DNA of 33,689 bases from a virus (Duplodnaviria; Caudoviricetes), in IMG/VR virus record IMGVR_UViG_3300017774_006867, positions 1 to 33,689 of that record; one strand, given 5' to 3'. Within the stretch, counting starts at the first letter, position 1, and each line of letters starts with the position of its first letter. Positions 1 through 10,896 of this stretch are shown here, piece after piece. The translations under genes were made by a program, and so were the position numbers. The notes beneath the pieces were generated by a model. It was given only the letters and a program-made list of their open reading frames with translations. It was not told where the DNA came from and made no database searches.

Positions 1-1
1 A

Positions 2-226
2 ACAGAGGCGATTCCAACAGAGAACTTAGTTCAGGCAGTCGAAGACAGGATCAAGAGAGCTGTATCAAAGTTTATGCCCGGTCTAGAGCTTAACAGTGTC
101 TCTATGATCACCAATAGATCTCCTGCAAAAGCTCTGGCATCTTTTAGCTTTGTAGTCGCGTACTCATACAGTCAAGCTGGAATTAGTAATAGAAAAATAC
201 AGATCAATCTTACGGTGGCAGGATGA
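2..226 (+). CDS. 5'-truncated baseplate wedge protein, T4 gp25 / P2 gpW-like
   Basis: Not in the ORF track. Frame 2 is open from the window edge (TEAIPTENLVQAVEDRIKRAVSKFMPGLELNSVSMI...SFVVAYSY...IQINLTVAG*) to TGA 224-226, which overlaps the next ATG (ATGA). The I-x-x-A-V-x-K-F-M-P-x-L-x-L pattern and position before a gp6-like gene fit gp25. Confidence 0.7.
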   Translation, partial: TEAIPTENLVQAVEDRIKRAVSKFMPGLELNSVSMITNRSPAKALASFSFVVAYSYSQAGISNRKIQINLTVAG

Positions 227-2073
227 CAATAAGCAGCAATAGAAAAAAGCCGGTTTTGCAGAGAGATAGAGACTATCTTAACAGAGACTTTTCTTCGCTC
301 CGTCAGGAGCTGGTAAGCTACGCATCTTTCTACTATTCAGACTACATAAAAGACTTCACGGAACCCTCTGTTGCATCGATGTTTGTCGATCTCGCAGCTT
401 ATGCGACAGATATCACGAACTTTTACTTAGACTATCAGTTTAAAGAGCTTAATCTAGAGACAGCCAAGGACTCTGCAAACATTCAGAGGCTGGTTAGACA
501 GGCGGGATACAAGATACGTGGAGCGTCACCTGCCTTTTGCAACGTTGACTTCTACATTTCGATCCCATCCCAGGTGCTACCTGATGGAACCTATGAACCT
601 AGAAGGACCTACCTGCCTGTCATAAAATCAGGAACTTCAGTTCAGTCGGACTCTGGTGTTGTTTTTGAACTATCCGAAGATCTTGATTTTTCAAAGTCAG
701 GATCTGATGGTAAGCTAGTTACAGAGTACAGAGTTCTCGAGAGAAACCCCGATACGACGCCGAAGACTTTTGCTCTGAGATTGTCTGGAATTTGCACATC
801 TGGAAGAACCTACAGTGAGAGCTTTAACGTTTCGGGGCGAACGCCTTTCTTGCGAGTTTCTCTTGCGCAGCCTAACACCATTGAGATCTTGTCTGTCGCT
901 GATACGAATGGAAACACATACTACGAAGTTGAATCTCTAACTCACGACACAGTCTACACCAGAGATTCAAACCTGTTTGACGACAGCGATCAAGTAGAGG
1001 ATTCTCTTGGAGTCGTTAGTGCTCCTTACAGATTTATCACAACTACTGACCTCAATGGGTCTCAAACTACGCTGACATTTGGCGCTGGAACAGCTCAGTC
1101 TTTAGACGCAGATGTAATTGCTGATCCTGCAGATTTCTCTCTTCCGCTTTTTGGAGACAGAAAAACTTTCTCATACACTGCAATCGATCCAAATGAGCTC
1201 TTAAGCACCAGGACGCTTGGCGTCGCTCCCGAGAATACAGTTCTTTTAGTAAGGTACAGGGCTGGTGGAGGACTTAATAACAACGTCCCATCTCAAACAC
1301 TCAGGAATGTCTTGTCTTTGCAGACTCAGTTCTCTGCTGTTGTGCCTCCCACTATTGTTGCAGCTTCAAGAGCGAGTGTAACCTGTAACAACACCTCAGC
1401 TGCTTTCGGCGGAACAGATGCTCCAACCATCGATGAGATTCGTTCTCTAGCTATACTATACAGAAACTCTCAGTCGAGAATTGTAAGCAAGGAAGATCTC
1501 ATTGCTAGGATCTACAGCATGCCAACAAATTTTGGAAGGATATTCAGAGTTGGCATATCTACAAACCCTGTCAATCCGCTGTCTTCTATCGTCTATCTAG
1601 TTTCAAGAGACAGTCAAGGAAAGCTCTCCACTACTCCTGACACGACAAAGAGAAATATTGCAAAATACATCAATGAATTTAGAGTGATAAGTGATGCATT
1701 TGACATACTGGATGCACCGATCATCAACTTTAACATTCAATACTCAGTCTCTGTGTCTAGAGATTACGACAAAGCGCTGGTTGTTTCTAACATAAACTCA
1801 AGGCTTACAAGCTTCTTTGAAATAACAAACTTCTACATTAATCAGCCAATTGTTATTGCAGACATTCAAAACATAATACTTGCAGAACCGGGAGTTCTAG
1901 GGCTTGGATCTCTGGCGTTCAACAACCTTTCGGGATTAGTCAACGGTCTTAGATACTCAAGCTTTGTCTTTGATATTGATTCTGGAACTCGGAAGGGAGT
2001 CATCGTTCCTCCGAAGGGAGGAATTTTTGAGATTAAGTTTCCTGGAACGGATATCGTTGGGAGTGCATTCTAA
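223..2073 (+). CDS. Baseplate wedge protein, T4 gp6 / P2 gpJ-like
   Basis: N-terminal DYLNRDFSSLRQELVSY, DFTEPSVASMFVDLAAY, FYLDYQFKELNLETA and GYK. Later YRAGGG-x-x-x-N, GGTDAPTIDEIR and QSRIVSKEDL. These are typical Baseplate_J/gp6 motifs. Confidence 0.9.
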   Translation: MTISSNRKKPVLQRDRDYLNRDFSSLRQELVSYASFYYSDYIKDFTEPSVASMFVDLAAYATDITNFYLDYQFKELNLETAKDSANIQRLVRQAGYKIRGASPAFCNVDFYISIPSQVLPDGTYEPRRTYLPVIKSGTSVQSDSGVVFELSEDLDFSKSGSDGKLVTEYRVLERNPDTTPKTFALRLSGICTSGRTYSESFNVSGRTPFLRVSLAQPNTIEILSVADTNGNTYYEVESLTHDTVYTRDSNLFDDSDQVEDSLGVVSAPYRFITTTDLNGSQTTLTFGAGTAQSLDADVIADPADFSLPLFGDRKTFSYTAIDPNELLSTRTLGVAPENTVLLVRYRAGGGLNNNVPSQTLRNVLSLQTQFSAVVPPTIVAASRASVTCNNTSAAFGGTDAPTIDEIRSLAILYRNSQSRIVSKEDLIARIYSMPTNFGRIFRVGISTNPVNPLSSIVYLVSRDSQGKLSTTPDTTKRNIAKYINEFRVISDAFDILDAPIINFNIQYSVSVSRDYDKALVVSNINSRLTSFFEITNFYINQPIVIADIQNIILAEPGVLGLGSLAFNNLSGLVNGLRYSSFVFDIDSGTRKGVIVPPKGGIFEIKFPGTDIVGSAF

Positions 2074-3587
2074 TGTACAAGATTATTAACGCTTCTAAAG
2101 ATGCCTACATCACCAACAAGATTGTTTCAAGCCTTCTTAGGGCTAAAGATTCCAATACAGGTGGTGCTTCTTCAATAGACCTGTTCAAGCTGTATGATGA
2201 AAACACAATCGCAGGAGAGAGCACTCCGATTGAGATCAGTCGGGCTTTACTCTACTTTGATCTTGCATCTCTTCGAGATCTAACAGCGTCTTACGTTGAT
2301 ATTTCTTCTCCGTCTTTTAGTGCAAACATCGTTCTACACGACATCTACGGCGGTCAAACATGCCCAACCAATTTCAAGCTTGCAGTCTTTCCTCTTTCTA
2401 AGTCATTTGACGAAGGAATAGGAAGAGATGTAGTAGAGCTTAGAGATGTTGATGTTTGCAACTTTTTAACTGCATCTGTCTCATCAAGGACACCAGTTAC
2501 TTGGTCTCAAGAGGGTGCTGGAGCTGTTGGTGCTCTTGGTAGCAGCACCATAGACGTCATTGATAGAGGAAACCTGAATGACGGACTCGGATTAAGGTTC
2601 CTATTCTCAGAGCAGACATTTTCAAAGGGAACAGAAGATCTAAACGTTGACATTACTGATGTTATATCAGGGACTCTCGCAGGTCTAATTCCTGACTGCG
2701 GATTTTTAATTGCTTATAGCGGTACGCTTGAGACAGACAATCAGACGCGCTTTGTTAAGAGATTTGCCTCTAGAAACACTACAGCTGTAGATAAGCGGCC
2801 TAAGCTTGTAATCAAGTACGATGATTCAGTTATTGACTACACAAGAGACTTCGTCTTCAACGTCTCCGGCAGCATATTCCTGACAAACTACGAAAGAGGA
2901 ACACCTGCTAACATAGTTTCTGGGTCTTCTGGAACAAGGATATCAGGTTTAAACTGTGGAAAGCTAAGAATCATCTCAGGAAGCTACTCTCAGACAGTTA
3001 ACTTTTCTCAGCATAGAAAGGGATCAGATTTCTTCAGCACAGGTCTATACAGCGCTTCTTTTGCAATATCATCTTTCAATGCACCTCTTTTCACCTACTT
3101 GAAGAATTCATCTTCAGCATCTTTTGATGTCATATGGTCCTCTAATGATCTCACAGTTGGGTACCTAACGGGTTCTCTCACAGTCTACAAATCTGAGACT
3201 GCTCTGGCAGACCTCGATCCTAAGAGAATATTCACAAACATTACCAACATGAACTCGACCTACCTCGCATCAGAGACTATAAGGTTCAGGGTGTTCATTG
3301 AAGATCTTGCAAAGCCAATCAAGGCACAAAAGCTACCACTTGAAAATAAAGGAATATTCATCGAGAAGGTCTACTTTAGAGTTAGAGATCTTGAATCTTC
3401 AAAAGTTATAATACCCTTTGATGTTAATTCAACTAGAGTTTCAATGGATGCAACGTCAGGATTCTTTGATGTAGATATGAGCTCTCTACCCGTAGGGAGA
3501 AATTACACATTTGACTTCCAGATACTTAAGAATGGATCGACGCAGACAATTACCAACGTTGCTGCATCGTTTAGGGTGGTAGATTGA
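2073..3587 (+). CDS. Virion structural protein with an N-terminal DNRLRE-like beta-sandwich domain
   Basis: Motif order ASKDAYI, SRALLYFDL, VFPLSKSFDEG, TW, LNVDITDVI, GFLI, FASRN, RPKLVIKY fits the DNRLRE-type pattern. TAATG coupling to the wedge gene. Confidence 0.6.
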   Translation: MYKIINASKDAYITNKIVSSLLRAKDSNTGGASSIDLFKLYDENTIAGESTPIEISRALLYFDLASLRDLTASYVDISSPSFSANIVLHDIYGGQTCPTNFKLAVFPLSKSFDEGIGRDVVELRDVDVCNFLTASVSSRTPVTWSQEGAGAVGALGSSTIDVIDRGNLNDGLGLRFLFSEQTFSKGTEDLNVDITDVISGTLAGLIPDCGFLIAYSGTLETDNQTRFVKRFASRNTTAVDKRPKLVIKYDDSVIDYTRDFVFNVSGSIFLTNYERGTPANIVSGSSGTRISGLNCGKLRIISGSYSQTVNFSQHRKGSDFFSTGLYSASFAISSFNAPLFTYLKNSSSASFDVIWSSNDLTVGYLTGSLTVYKSETALADLDPKRIFTNITNMNSTYLASETIRFRVFIEDLAKPIKAQKLPLENKGIFIEKVYFRVRDLESSKVIIPFDVNSTRVSMDATSGFFDVDMSSLPVGRNYTFDFQILKNGSTQTITNVAASFRVVD

Positions 3588-6500
3588 GATCAAACAACGG
3601 TCGACCTGCAACTATAACAGATATCGAGAGAAACCTTAGATCTCGATATCCTGTAAAGTCACTTAGCAACTCTCAGCTAGGTTCGAACAACATTGCTTCG
3701 ACTTCGTCTTTTAGATACGACCCGCTCGGAACCGGGCTTAGATCGACTCAAGAAGTTCCACTTGATTGGTCTAAGTTTGAGAATCATACTTTCTTTCACA
3801 GTGCAAAAGCAAAAGTAGATGAAGCCTTCTACAAGATCATCAACGAATATCCCTTTGATGGAAGTCAGAGAGAAATCGAGTCTTTTGAGGACTCTCTAAC
3901 AGGCTTTGAAAACTACGTTATGGGAAGATTCCCTTACAACAAAGGGTATCTTTTATTTTCCGGTTCTGCTGGCGTGGGAGGAAACTACATTGCAGTTGAA
4001 AATAGAGCAGGATTTCTATTTGAGAACTCTAGAGATGATAGTGCAAATCCGGTTCTTGATCCTCCTGAGAGCTCTTTTACCCTGCAGACTCACCTTTTTA
4101 TACCAAATGAGTCGAATGATAACGAAATAGTCTGTCAAAGACAGGGATCCGGTTGTGGTTATACGCTTTTTGTATCAAGAAGCACATCATCTTCTGCTGA
4201 GGTTCACTTTTTAGTCACTTCCGGATCGAAATCTCTCCACATTAGTGGCTCTACTCCAAAGAACGGCTTTGTCCATGTAGCAGCAGCTCTTAGCTCTAGC
4301 AATACTGAAGCTTTTGCTTCTCTTTTCTTCAACGGAGTTAGAGTAGCTAATCAACAGAGACTAACTGATTTTCAGCCGATAGTTCTTGGGTCTGCACAGC
4401 TGTTGATCGGATCAGGAACTCAGCACGCATCTTCGGGCTTTGCTTTCACCCCAAAGACGACTCTGAGTGGATGCCTTGACGATCTTAGGTTCTACACCCG
4501 TGCAAGAACTGGAGAAGAGATCATTGAAGACTATCTTTCTCTGCCAGATTTTGATCCAAGACTTTCTCTGCACTTTAAGTTCAATGAACCGACAGGATCT
4601 TTTGCAGGAAACAACATAGTCCTAGACTTCTCTGGAAAGTCTCTGCACTCAGAAATTGTCAATTACACGACTGCATCGCGAGGTCTTTCGTCTCCTTTAA
4701 ATCCGATGCTGGAAGAAGAGATCGATGACTGCATTGTTCTGTTCTCCAACTACCCAGACATCCAGAATCTTCACCAGTCTTTTCTTGACGATGCAGAATC
4801 TTACGACGATGAGAATCCAAATCTTATCACGAGATTAATTCCGCCTCAGTATTTGTCTCTCGGTGCTCAATCAGAGGGTCTTAATACAGATCTACAGAAT
4901 GTAGGACAGTCTCTAAACCTTGAAGAGCTTAGAGGTGGACTGAGTCAGCAGCAACCTCAGGTAATTCTCGGTCTTTTGTTTGTCTATGCCAAGCTTTTTG
5001 ATGAGATAAAGATATTTGTTGATCACGTTTCTAACTTAATGAACTTTGATTACACATCTTCTGAGCATATTGCAGATAAAATGATTCCTTTTATCGCAAA
5101 AGCGATGAAGATCGATTTGCCAGATCTCTTTAGTACACCTTCAGTCAAGAGACTAGTGAAAGGAGTTGCAATATCAGATGACTATGTTCAGTCTGGTCTT
5201 TCGCTAAAGAAGCTTAGAGCTCAAATCTGGAGAAGAATACTAAGCGAGCATCAAGGAATGCTCATGAGCAAAGGAACACATAGGTCTATTAGGTCTGCCT
5301 TTGCTGCCATGGGAATAGACCCCGATTCTTTCTTTCATATTCGAGAGTTTGGAGCCAATAAAGGGCGGACAATAGTAGATCTTCGTCACAGAAGAAATAA
5401 AGTGTCTTACTTTGCGGATTTTTCTGGTAGCATTAATGCATCTCCGACTCCTGTTAATTCACTTGGTTTTTCTTCAAATATCCCACGCGCTATAAGCGGA
5501 TTTCTATCTGGCAGCAGAGTTGAACCCGGTTCTCCGACTATCCAAGGATCTTTTGTTAGTGTTGGAAATGAGAGGCTAAGCAACAACAGGTCTGACGGTC
5601 TGTGGACTTCAGGCTCTTTCACAGTTGAATCGAGAGTTAGATTTTTACCATCAACAAGTCACTCGACCACACAGAGCATAATCCGTCTATGCACAACTGG
5701 ATCAAGTGTTCCTGCATCTACACATGCAGTGACATTTAACTTAATGGCTTTTGGCGGATCCAGTCCGTACTTCGAGCTAAGCGCCCGTCCCATTCAGTCG
5801 GTCTCATCAGCTGCAACTAGAGTCAGGATCGAAGCAGATCCATTTGATGGCGGGATCTGGAACCTTTCATTTGGAAAGGCTGCCGGAGAGACCCTAGGAA
5901 CAGAGCTCGACGAAGTGTTTCTTAGAGTCTCTAGGCAGGTCGGCGGTCTACTAACATTCTCTAGCGCGTCTAGTGTGACATTTGTCCCTAGCGATCTCGA
6001 TGTCCTAAAGAACTATAGCGCTGGATACAACTCATCTGGATCTTTCTTGGTCATAGGATCTCAAAGCCTGGGGTCTAGCAACCTTTTCTTGAATGGCGAC
6101 TCAGTCGGGTCTTATTCGAAATTCACAGGTCAGATCTCCAGTATCAGATTTTGGTCAAGCTATCTAGATCTAAATGAGTGGATTGATCACTCTAAAGACT
6201 TTGAGTCGCTTGGTGTTAGAGATCCAAGAAAAAACTTCAACTTTGAAAAAAATCTAAGTGGATCCTTCGAAAAGCTTAGACTTGACACGTCGTTCTCTCA
6301 AGCATCAATAACAGCTTCAATCGATGGAAATTTCACAGGATTTGATTTCTCTCAGAGCGCAAAGAGCTTCTCAATGTCAGGATTTGAAGCAAACGAGAGA
6401 GTTATCTTCACAGCCGGAGAGACAGTAATGTCTCCTTCTCCCTACTTTGATCTTCTAGAAAACGATCAAAAGACTAGAGTTCGGTCTTTGTCAAATCCCC

Positions 6501-6991
6501 AGCCTGACGAAGTTCTTGCACTTTCTTCTCCGGTATATCAGCTCCCTGAGAACGAAGAAGTTCTAGATGACAATAGGCTCTCAATAGAGTACTCATATTC
6601 AGCAAATCTGAATAGAGACATCATGAAGGCAGCGTCAAATCTTGACTTCTTTGATGATGCTTTAGGAAAGCCTAATTCTTATTTTGATAACACCTACTCA
6701 GACTTGGATGATTTCTCTAGAGTCTACTTTAACAGGCTTACATCAGATATTGATCTTGATAGATTCTCTCGTCTGTATAGATGGCTTGACGGATCTCTCG
6801 AAGTCCTGGTCGGTCAACTTGTTCCTGCAAAGACTTACTTCTACGGAATAAATCAGGTCATAGAGCCGCATGCACTTGAAAGAAGTAGGCACAGATTCTT
6901 TTTCGACGACATGTACTTAAACGAGAAAGACAGATTTACCTCAAGCAATCTTGTATTGTCATCTCTTTTTGCGAGGCTTAGAGGATTTTGA
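3584..6991 (+). CDS. Large baseplate wedge protein (P2 gpI-like core) with two LamG/concanavalin A-like domains
   Basis: Central IADKMIPFIAKAMKIDL...SKGTHRSIRSAFAAMG resembles the gpI LPWLA...KGT motif. LamG signatures: SFTLQTHLF...FVHVAA...LFFNG...LLIG...SGCLDDLRFY and SFTVESRVRF...LVIG...FTGQISSIRFW. TTG start overlaps the upstream TGA. Confidence 0.7.
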   Translation: MRSNNGRPATITDIERNLRSRYPVKSLSNSQLGSNNIASTSSFRYDPLGTGLRSTQEVPLDWSKFENHTFFHSAKAKVDEAFYKIINEYPFDGSQREIESFEDSLTGFENYVMGRFPYNKGYLLFSGSAGVGGNYIAVENRAGFLFENSRDDSANPVLDPPESSFTLQTHLFIPNESNDNEIVCQRQGSGCGYTLFVSRSTSSSAEVHFLVTSGSKSLHISGSTPKNGFVHVAAALSSSNTEAFASLFFNGVRVANQQRLTDFQPIVLGSAQLLIGSGTQHASSGFAFTPKTTLSGCLDDLRFYTRARTGEEIIEDYLSLPDFDPRLSLHFKFNEPTGSFAGNNIVLDFSGKSLHSEIVNYTTASRGLSSPLNPMLEEEIDDCIVLFSNYPDIQNLHQSFLDDAESYDDENPNLITRLIPPQYLSLGAQSEGLNTDLQNVGQSLNLEELRGGLSQQQPQVILGLLFVYAKLFDEIKIFVDHVSNLMNFDYTSSEHIADKMIPFIAKAMKIDLPDLFSTPSVKRLVKGVAISDDYVQSGLSLKKLRAQIWRRILSEHQGMLMSKGTHRSIRSAFAAMGIDPDSFFHIREFGANKGRTIVDLRHRRNKVSYFADFSGSINASPTPVNSLGFSSNIPRAISGFLSGSRVEPGSPTIQGSFVSVGNERLSNNRSDGLWTSGSFTVESRVRFLPSTSHSTTQSIIRLCTTGSSVPASTHAVTFNLMAFGGSSPYFELSARPIQSVSSAATRVRIEADPFDGGIWNLSFGKAAGETLGTELDEVFLRVSRQVGGLLTFSSASSVTFVPSDLDVLKNYSAGYNSSGSFLVIGSQSLGSSNLFLNGDSVGSYSKFTGQISSIRFWSSYLDLNEWIDHSKDFESLGVRDPRKNFNFEKNLSGSFEKLRLDTSFSQASITASIDGNFTGFDFSQSAKSFSMSGFEANERVIFTAGETVMSPSPYFDLLENDQKTRVRSLSNPQPDEVLALSSPVYQLPENEEVLDDNRLSIEYSYSANLNRDIMKAASNLDFFDDALGKPNSYFDNTYSDLDDFSRVYFNRLTSDIDLDRFSRLYRWLDGSLEVLVGQLVPAKTYFYGINQVIEPHALERSRHRFFFDDMYLNEKDRFTSSNLVLSSLFARLRGF

Positions 6992-7683
6992 AAACCTACA
7001 AAGACAGAGTCAACAACACTGGTCCTGTAAAGACAGGCAATAATAGATCAGATAGACCTGATCTACTGCAAGGTATTGACGTTAAATCAAGTCAAACTGT
7101 TTTTTCTAGAGCCGGCGGTCTTTTGAGCCTGTCGAACAGAGAATCCTCTGAGCCCTTTTCTAACGAGATTGGAGTTTATTCATTTGACTCACACTTGAAT
7201 GCAGCAAGCTTTGAGACTTACCACGACGTTGTGAAACCTCAGTCAGCTCACGATCTTCTTGACACGTACTCTGCAGCCTATGCTACTGATTCTAGGCTTC
7301 CAAATAGTGAACCAATCGAGCCGCTTGATACGGTCTCTCTTTTTTATCGAGGTCTAAAGGCGCGGGGTATCAATGGAAGTGCTTTTTTTAAGTGGTCTCG
7401 ATTTGAAGGTGTCCGAGTTGAAACTGTGTCCAAACTCTCAAAAAACCCAGCTCAAGTCCTTGATAGCTCTAATTTCTTTGGAAATGTGAAATACGACGGA
7501 TACATCAAAGAGTCTGTTAATTTTGAATTATTTGATGATTGCATGACGTATGATACGGACGGAATCTTACAAAAAAGTGACAAGAGATCGAATGCAAGAG
7601 TTGAGGTTGTCGGAGGAACAGGTGGATCTGATAGAGCAGAAGCAGGTCAATTCACTCTCTTCTACGGAGGTCTCTACAGATGA
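6988..7683 (+). CDS. Hypothetical protein, probably virion-associated
   Basis: 231-aa ORF overlapping both neighbours by 4 nt (TTGA, ATGA) inside the baseplate block. No recognisable domain. Confidence 0.65.
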   Translation: MKTYKDRVNNTGPVKTGNNRSDRPDLLQGIDVKSSQTVFSRAGGLLSLSNRESSEPFSNEIGVYSFDSHLNAASFETYHDVVKPQSAHDLLDTYSAAYATDSRLPNSEPIEPLDTVSLFYRGLKARGINGSAFFKWSRFEGVRVETVSKLSKNPAQVLDSSNFFGNVKYDGYIKESVNFELFDDCMTYDTDGILQKSDKRSNARVEVVGGTGGSDRAEAGQFTLFYGGLYR

Positions 7684-9980
7684 AATCATTTAAGTCGCAG
7701 CCTGCTAGGGCTCTTTTAAGAGACAATGAAGCTTACGACGGCGTTGCAGGACGCATTGTAGGAACTGGTTACTCTACAAGAACTAAACCCCAAACGTTGA
7801 TCTTTGATGACACTCAGACAGACTCTGGCGTAGCACAGACAAGGTCTTTTCCAACTCTGCAGATTACTGCATCTTCATCTCCAGGTATTTTGGCTAACAT
7901 CGCGGTAGATCCTGGATCCATCTACTTGCCAGTACAAAGAATCTCTTCCCCGCAGGTATACAAAGATTCGGCAGGAACAAGAAAGGCTCCGTTTTCGAAG
8001 AACGAAGTAATTCTAGGATTCTCTACAAGCTCGTGGACAAAGACGCAGATCGAAATAGACATCACGCCAAAGAGGACCAAGGATCTGTTTAGGCTTGATT
8101 CAAGCAATGCTCCTTCTGTGGGTCTTTCTTCTACTGGATTTTGCTATTTTAATTTCTCAAACAAAGTCTGGGAAGACATAGGGTACTACGATACAGCAAC
8201 CAGAGCTACGGGAAGAGATAGTACGATTATCTTCATTGATCCTGCGATAACCACTCAGCCTATCGTTGACAGGGATGTTCAAGGCGCGGCTGATAGAGTT
8301 TGCATGCAGTTTGCACTATCACCAAGCGTAGCGTACTCAGCCTCTCTTGACCTCGAGGGAGCAAAGGCGATTGGATATCGACATATTGGTCTTCCGACAG
8401 CCATGTTCTCGGCTCCTGCTGCTCCAAGGTATCACGCTACAGCGTCTCAGTGCCTGAGACTCTCTGACTATATTGAGGAGCCTTTTCTACTTGAAAAGAT
8501 CATCCTAAGAACCCAGGCTGCACCAGAAAGGTTGCAGAATTACTCAGGAGCAGTACCTGTCGGCGGAGCAGCGTGGGGGTTCTACAGAGATATTGACAAC
8601 TACAACTTTTTCGTCTACCACCAGAGAAGATTCAGCACAAAGAAAGATACAGTGCAGGACGTTAGCTCGTCAATTAGGTCAATAGTGACCAATGCTTCTC
8701 TTTGCTTCTTTAATGCTCCGAGTCTGTCAACTGTAGGCTATGAAGTTCTTCACAATCCAGAGTTTAAGGCTGACTTTAACATGGGAAATGCTGTCCTAGG
8801 AGTCGGAGTTAAGAACTCTGATATTGACATCTCTATGCCAGTTAAAAACTATCCGAGGTATTTTGGAGGCGTATCTAACGTCGGGCTTATTAATCAGGCA
8901 GGAGAAAGAGCTTCTGGATTTTTCCAGAACTACTGGCCAGGCGGAAGGACTATCTTAGATACAAGAGTCTCGTCTTCAAACTACACAGGAGTTGACAGAT
9001 TTAGATACTATTTCAACGGATACTATCCGATATCACAGAGATCAGACATTGATTTTCCGATAGATTCCACTGATAGATCTTACCTGACAAGGACTCCTAA
9101 TTGCGATTCAACAGGCAGATCTTCTGCAAAGGTTGACTTTCTTGTTATGCCGGCATCTCCTGCAGGTCCCTTCTTGACCTCTGTTCAGCAGTTTTCATAT
9201 GCTGCAGATCCTGAAACTTCTTATTCTCCATACCTTCTATTTCCTGAAGATGAGCTTGTATTTGGATTTGACGTTGGCGTTCCATTTAATCGCAGGTACG
9301 TAACTTCGACAGCAAACTTCGATGGTCTTGATTATGCCAACGGCCTGGGAATTACAGGAAGTCACCTTGTTCTATCAGCATCGTCAGATGCAAAAGTTAT
9401 TCTCGTAGGGTCTCTGCTTAGAGATAGCAGGCAGAAGCTCCCTAAGTCTTTAACTTTCTCCAGCGGTCCAGTCTCGAGCGTCTTCGAAGATACGAGTAGA
9501 GACCACGATGAGTTCGATATTGAGCCTGCAGAGATTCTAAGCGGCTCTATCTTCACAGCAGTCATGTCAGGAAGAATGACCACTACAACCAATAGGTCTA
9601 TTTCTGCAACTGTCGGTGTTACACCAGGTAGAAAGATGCTGTGTAGATCTCAGATTCTTCTGAGCCAGGATCTTGTCTACTTTGATTCTTTAAGAATACC
9701 ACCTAGCAGCTATAGAAGCTACTTTAGGAGAGATAGATTTGGTCAGCTAAGAGACAGGCTTGAACAGGGACTTGATTCCAAGTTCTACGCTCGTCCCGGA
9801 ACAGGGGGAGGGTCTGGAGTTCTTAATCCTGTCTTTATAAGCTCTTCTGCAGACTACTTGCACTATGTCACAAGCTCTGTTGCTTATCTAGATGCAATTC
9901 CCACCAGCCGAGCTACAAGTTTTTCAAGATTTACCATAGATCCTGACTTCTCGCCTTTCTCAAGATTCTTTGGACCCTAG
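7680..9980 (+). CDS. Hypothetical virion structural protein (Ser/Thr-rich, probably beta-rich)
   Basis: 766-aa ORF, ATGA-coupled, located in the tail block; composition resembles its neighbours. Confidence 0.65.
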   Translation: MKSFKSQPARALLRDNEAYDGVAGRIVGTGYSTRTKPQTLIFDDTQTDSGVAQTRSFPTLQITASSSPGILANIAVDPGSIYLPVQRISSPQVYKDSAGTRKAPFSKNEVILGFSTSSWTKTQIEIDITPKRTKDLFRLDSSNAPSVGLSSTGFCYFNFSNKVWEDIGYYDTATRATGRDSTIIFIDPAITTQPIVDRDVQGAADRVCMQFALSPSVAYSASLDLEGAKAIGYRHIGLPTAMFSAPAAPRYHATASQCLRLSDYIEEPFLLEKIILRTQAAPERLQNYSGAVPVGGAAWGFYRDIDNYNFFVYHQRRFSTKKDTVQDVSSSIRSIVTNASLCFFNAPSLSTVGYEVLHNPEFKADFNMGNAVLGVGVKNSDIDISMPVKNYPRYFGGVSNVGLINQAGERASGFFQNYWPGGRTILDTRVSSSNYTGVDRFRYYFNGYYPISQRSDIDFPIDSTDRSYLTRTPNCDSTGRSSAKVDFLVMPASPAGPFLTSVQQFSYAADPETSYSPYLLFPEDELVFGFDVGVPFNRRYVTSTANFDGLDYANGLGITGSHLVLSASSDAKVILVGSLLRDSRQKLPKSLTFSSGPVSSVFEDTSRDHDEFDIEPAEILSGSIFTAVMSGRMTTTTNRSISATVGVTPGRKMLCRSQILLSQDLVYFDSLRIPPSSYRSYFRRDRFGQLRDRLEQGLDSKFYARPGTGGGSGVLNPVFISSSADYLHYVTSSVAYLDAIPTSRATSFSRFTIDPDFSPFSRFFGP

Positions 9981-10002
9981 TATTGGCGATAAGTAGATAT
10001 GC

Positions 10003-10896
10003 ATGTCAGGAATACTCAATCCGCGTAGCAGGATAGTCGACTTTGTATTGACCAGCGAGGGAAGGAAAGACCTCGCTGCAGGGCGTCTTGACATTTCTTT
10101 TGCGACATTTAGTGACAAGGGTACCTACTATTCATCTGGGTCAGACGGAATATCTGTCCCGATGTCTCCGGCGCTCACCTTTGAGTCTTACTCTTCTGAT
10201 GGCGACGTAATAACCCTTGAGAAGAACCTTGATGGTTCTCTTGGGAGGCTTTTAACCGCTGCCGGTGCTTATGCAGCCGCTGTCGTAGTCATCACAGGAT
10301 CGTCCTCTCAGGCCAGGACTGATGTGTTCGATGGCGTTTCTCTCAGGACAGGAGAGCTCCTTGATGGCCTGTCTCTGCTTCGAAGTGACACAACATTTCA
10401 GAGCTTTGATTCAAGTATTCTTCAAAGCACAGACACAGTTCCAATATCTCAGATTGACTATCTCTACGGTGAGACAGCTTCGATTGACGATGTTGCCTAC
10501 GTTTTTGCAGACAATAGATTCAAAAACTTTGATAGCTTTAAGTTTCTACCACCTGTAGTGGAGACACCAAGTGCTACAGAAGACGTCTTTGATTTCTCAG
10601 GAATTCCGGAGCTCTTCAGCTTTACTGCATTTGATCCGCAGACTATACTTTCTTATAGAAGCTTTGATTTTTATCCCCAGAGACAAGGTACAAAGCTGTC
10701 TGTTGCAGCACAGTTTTTTGAGTTCAACGAAGACGTTGAAGGCAAAAGCCAGTGGAGCAAGCTCGATATGTTCTATTACGGATCTGTCACGCTCGGTGAC
10801 AACACTAATGCTCATGTTTTCTTCCTTGGAAAGAGAATACTAAGAGATTCTGCTTTCTCTTTTGTAACCCTATTCACAATGCTGGTGAGATATTGA
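10003..10896 (+). CDS. Tail/baseplate protein; N-terminus paralogous to 17855..18544
   Basis: MSGILNPRSRIVDFVLTSEGRKDLAAG-x-LDISFATFSD-x4-Y aligns by eye with MGFLNGTTNNIVVDAVLTDVGRQLLA...ISKFSLGD-x4-Y. Confidence 0.65.
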   Translation: MSGILNPRSRIVDFVLTSEGRKDLAAGRLDISFATFSDKGTYYSSGSDGISVPMSPALTFESYSSDGDVITLEKNLDGSLGRLLTAAGAYAAAVVVITGSSSQARTDVFDGVSLRTGELLDGLSLLRSDTTFQSFDSSILQSTDTVPISQIDYLYGETASIDDVAYVFADNRFKNFDSFKFLPPVVETPSATEDVFDFSGIPELFSFTAFDPQTILSYRSFDFYPQRQGTKLSVAAQFFEFNEDVEGKSQWSKLDMFYYGSVTLGDNTNAHVFFLGKRILRDSAFSFVTLFTMLVRY

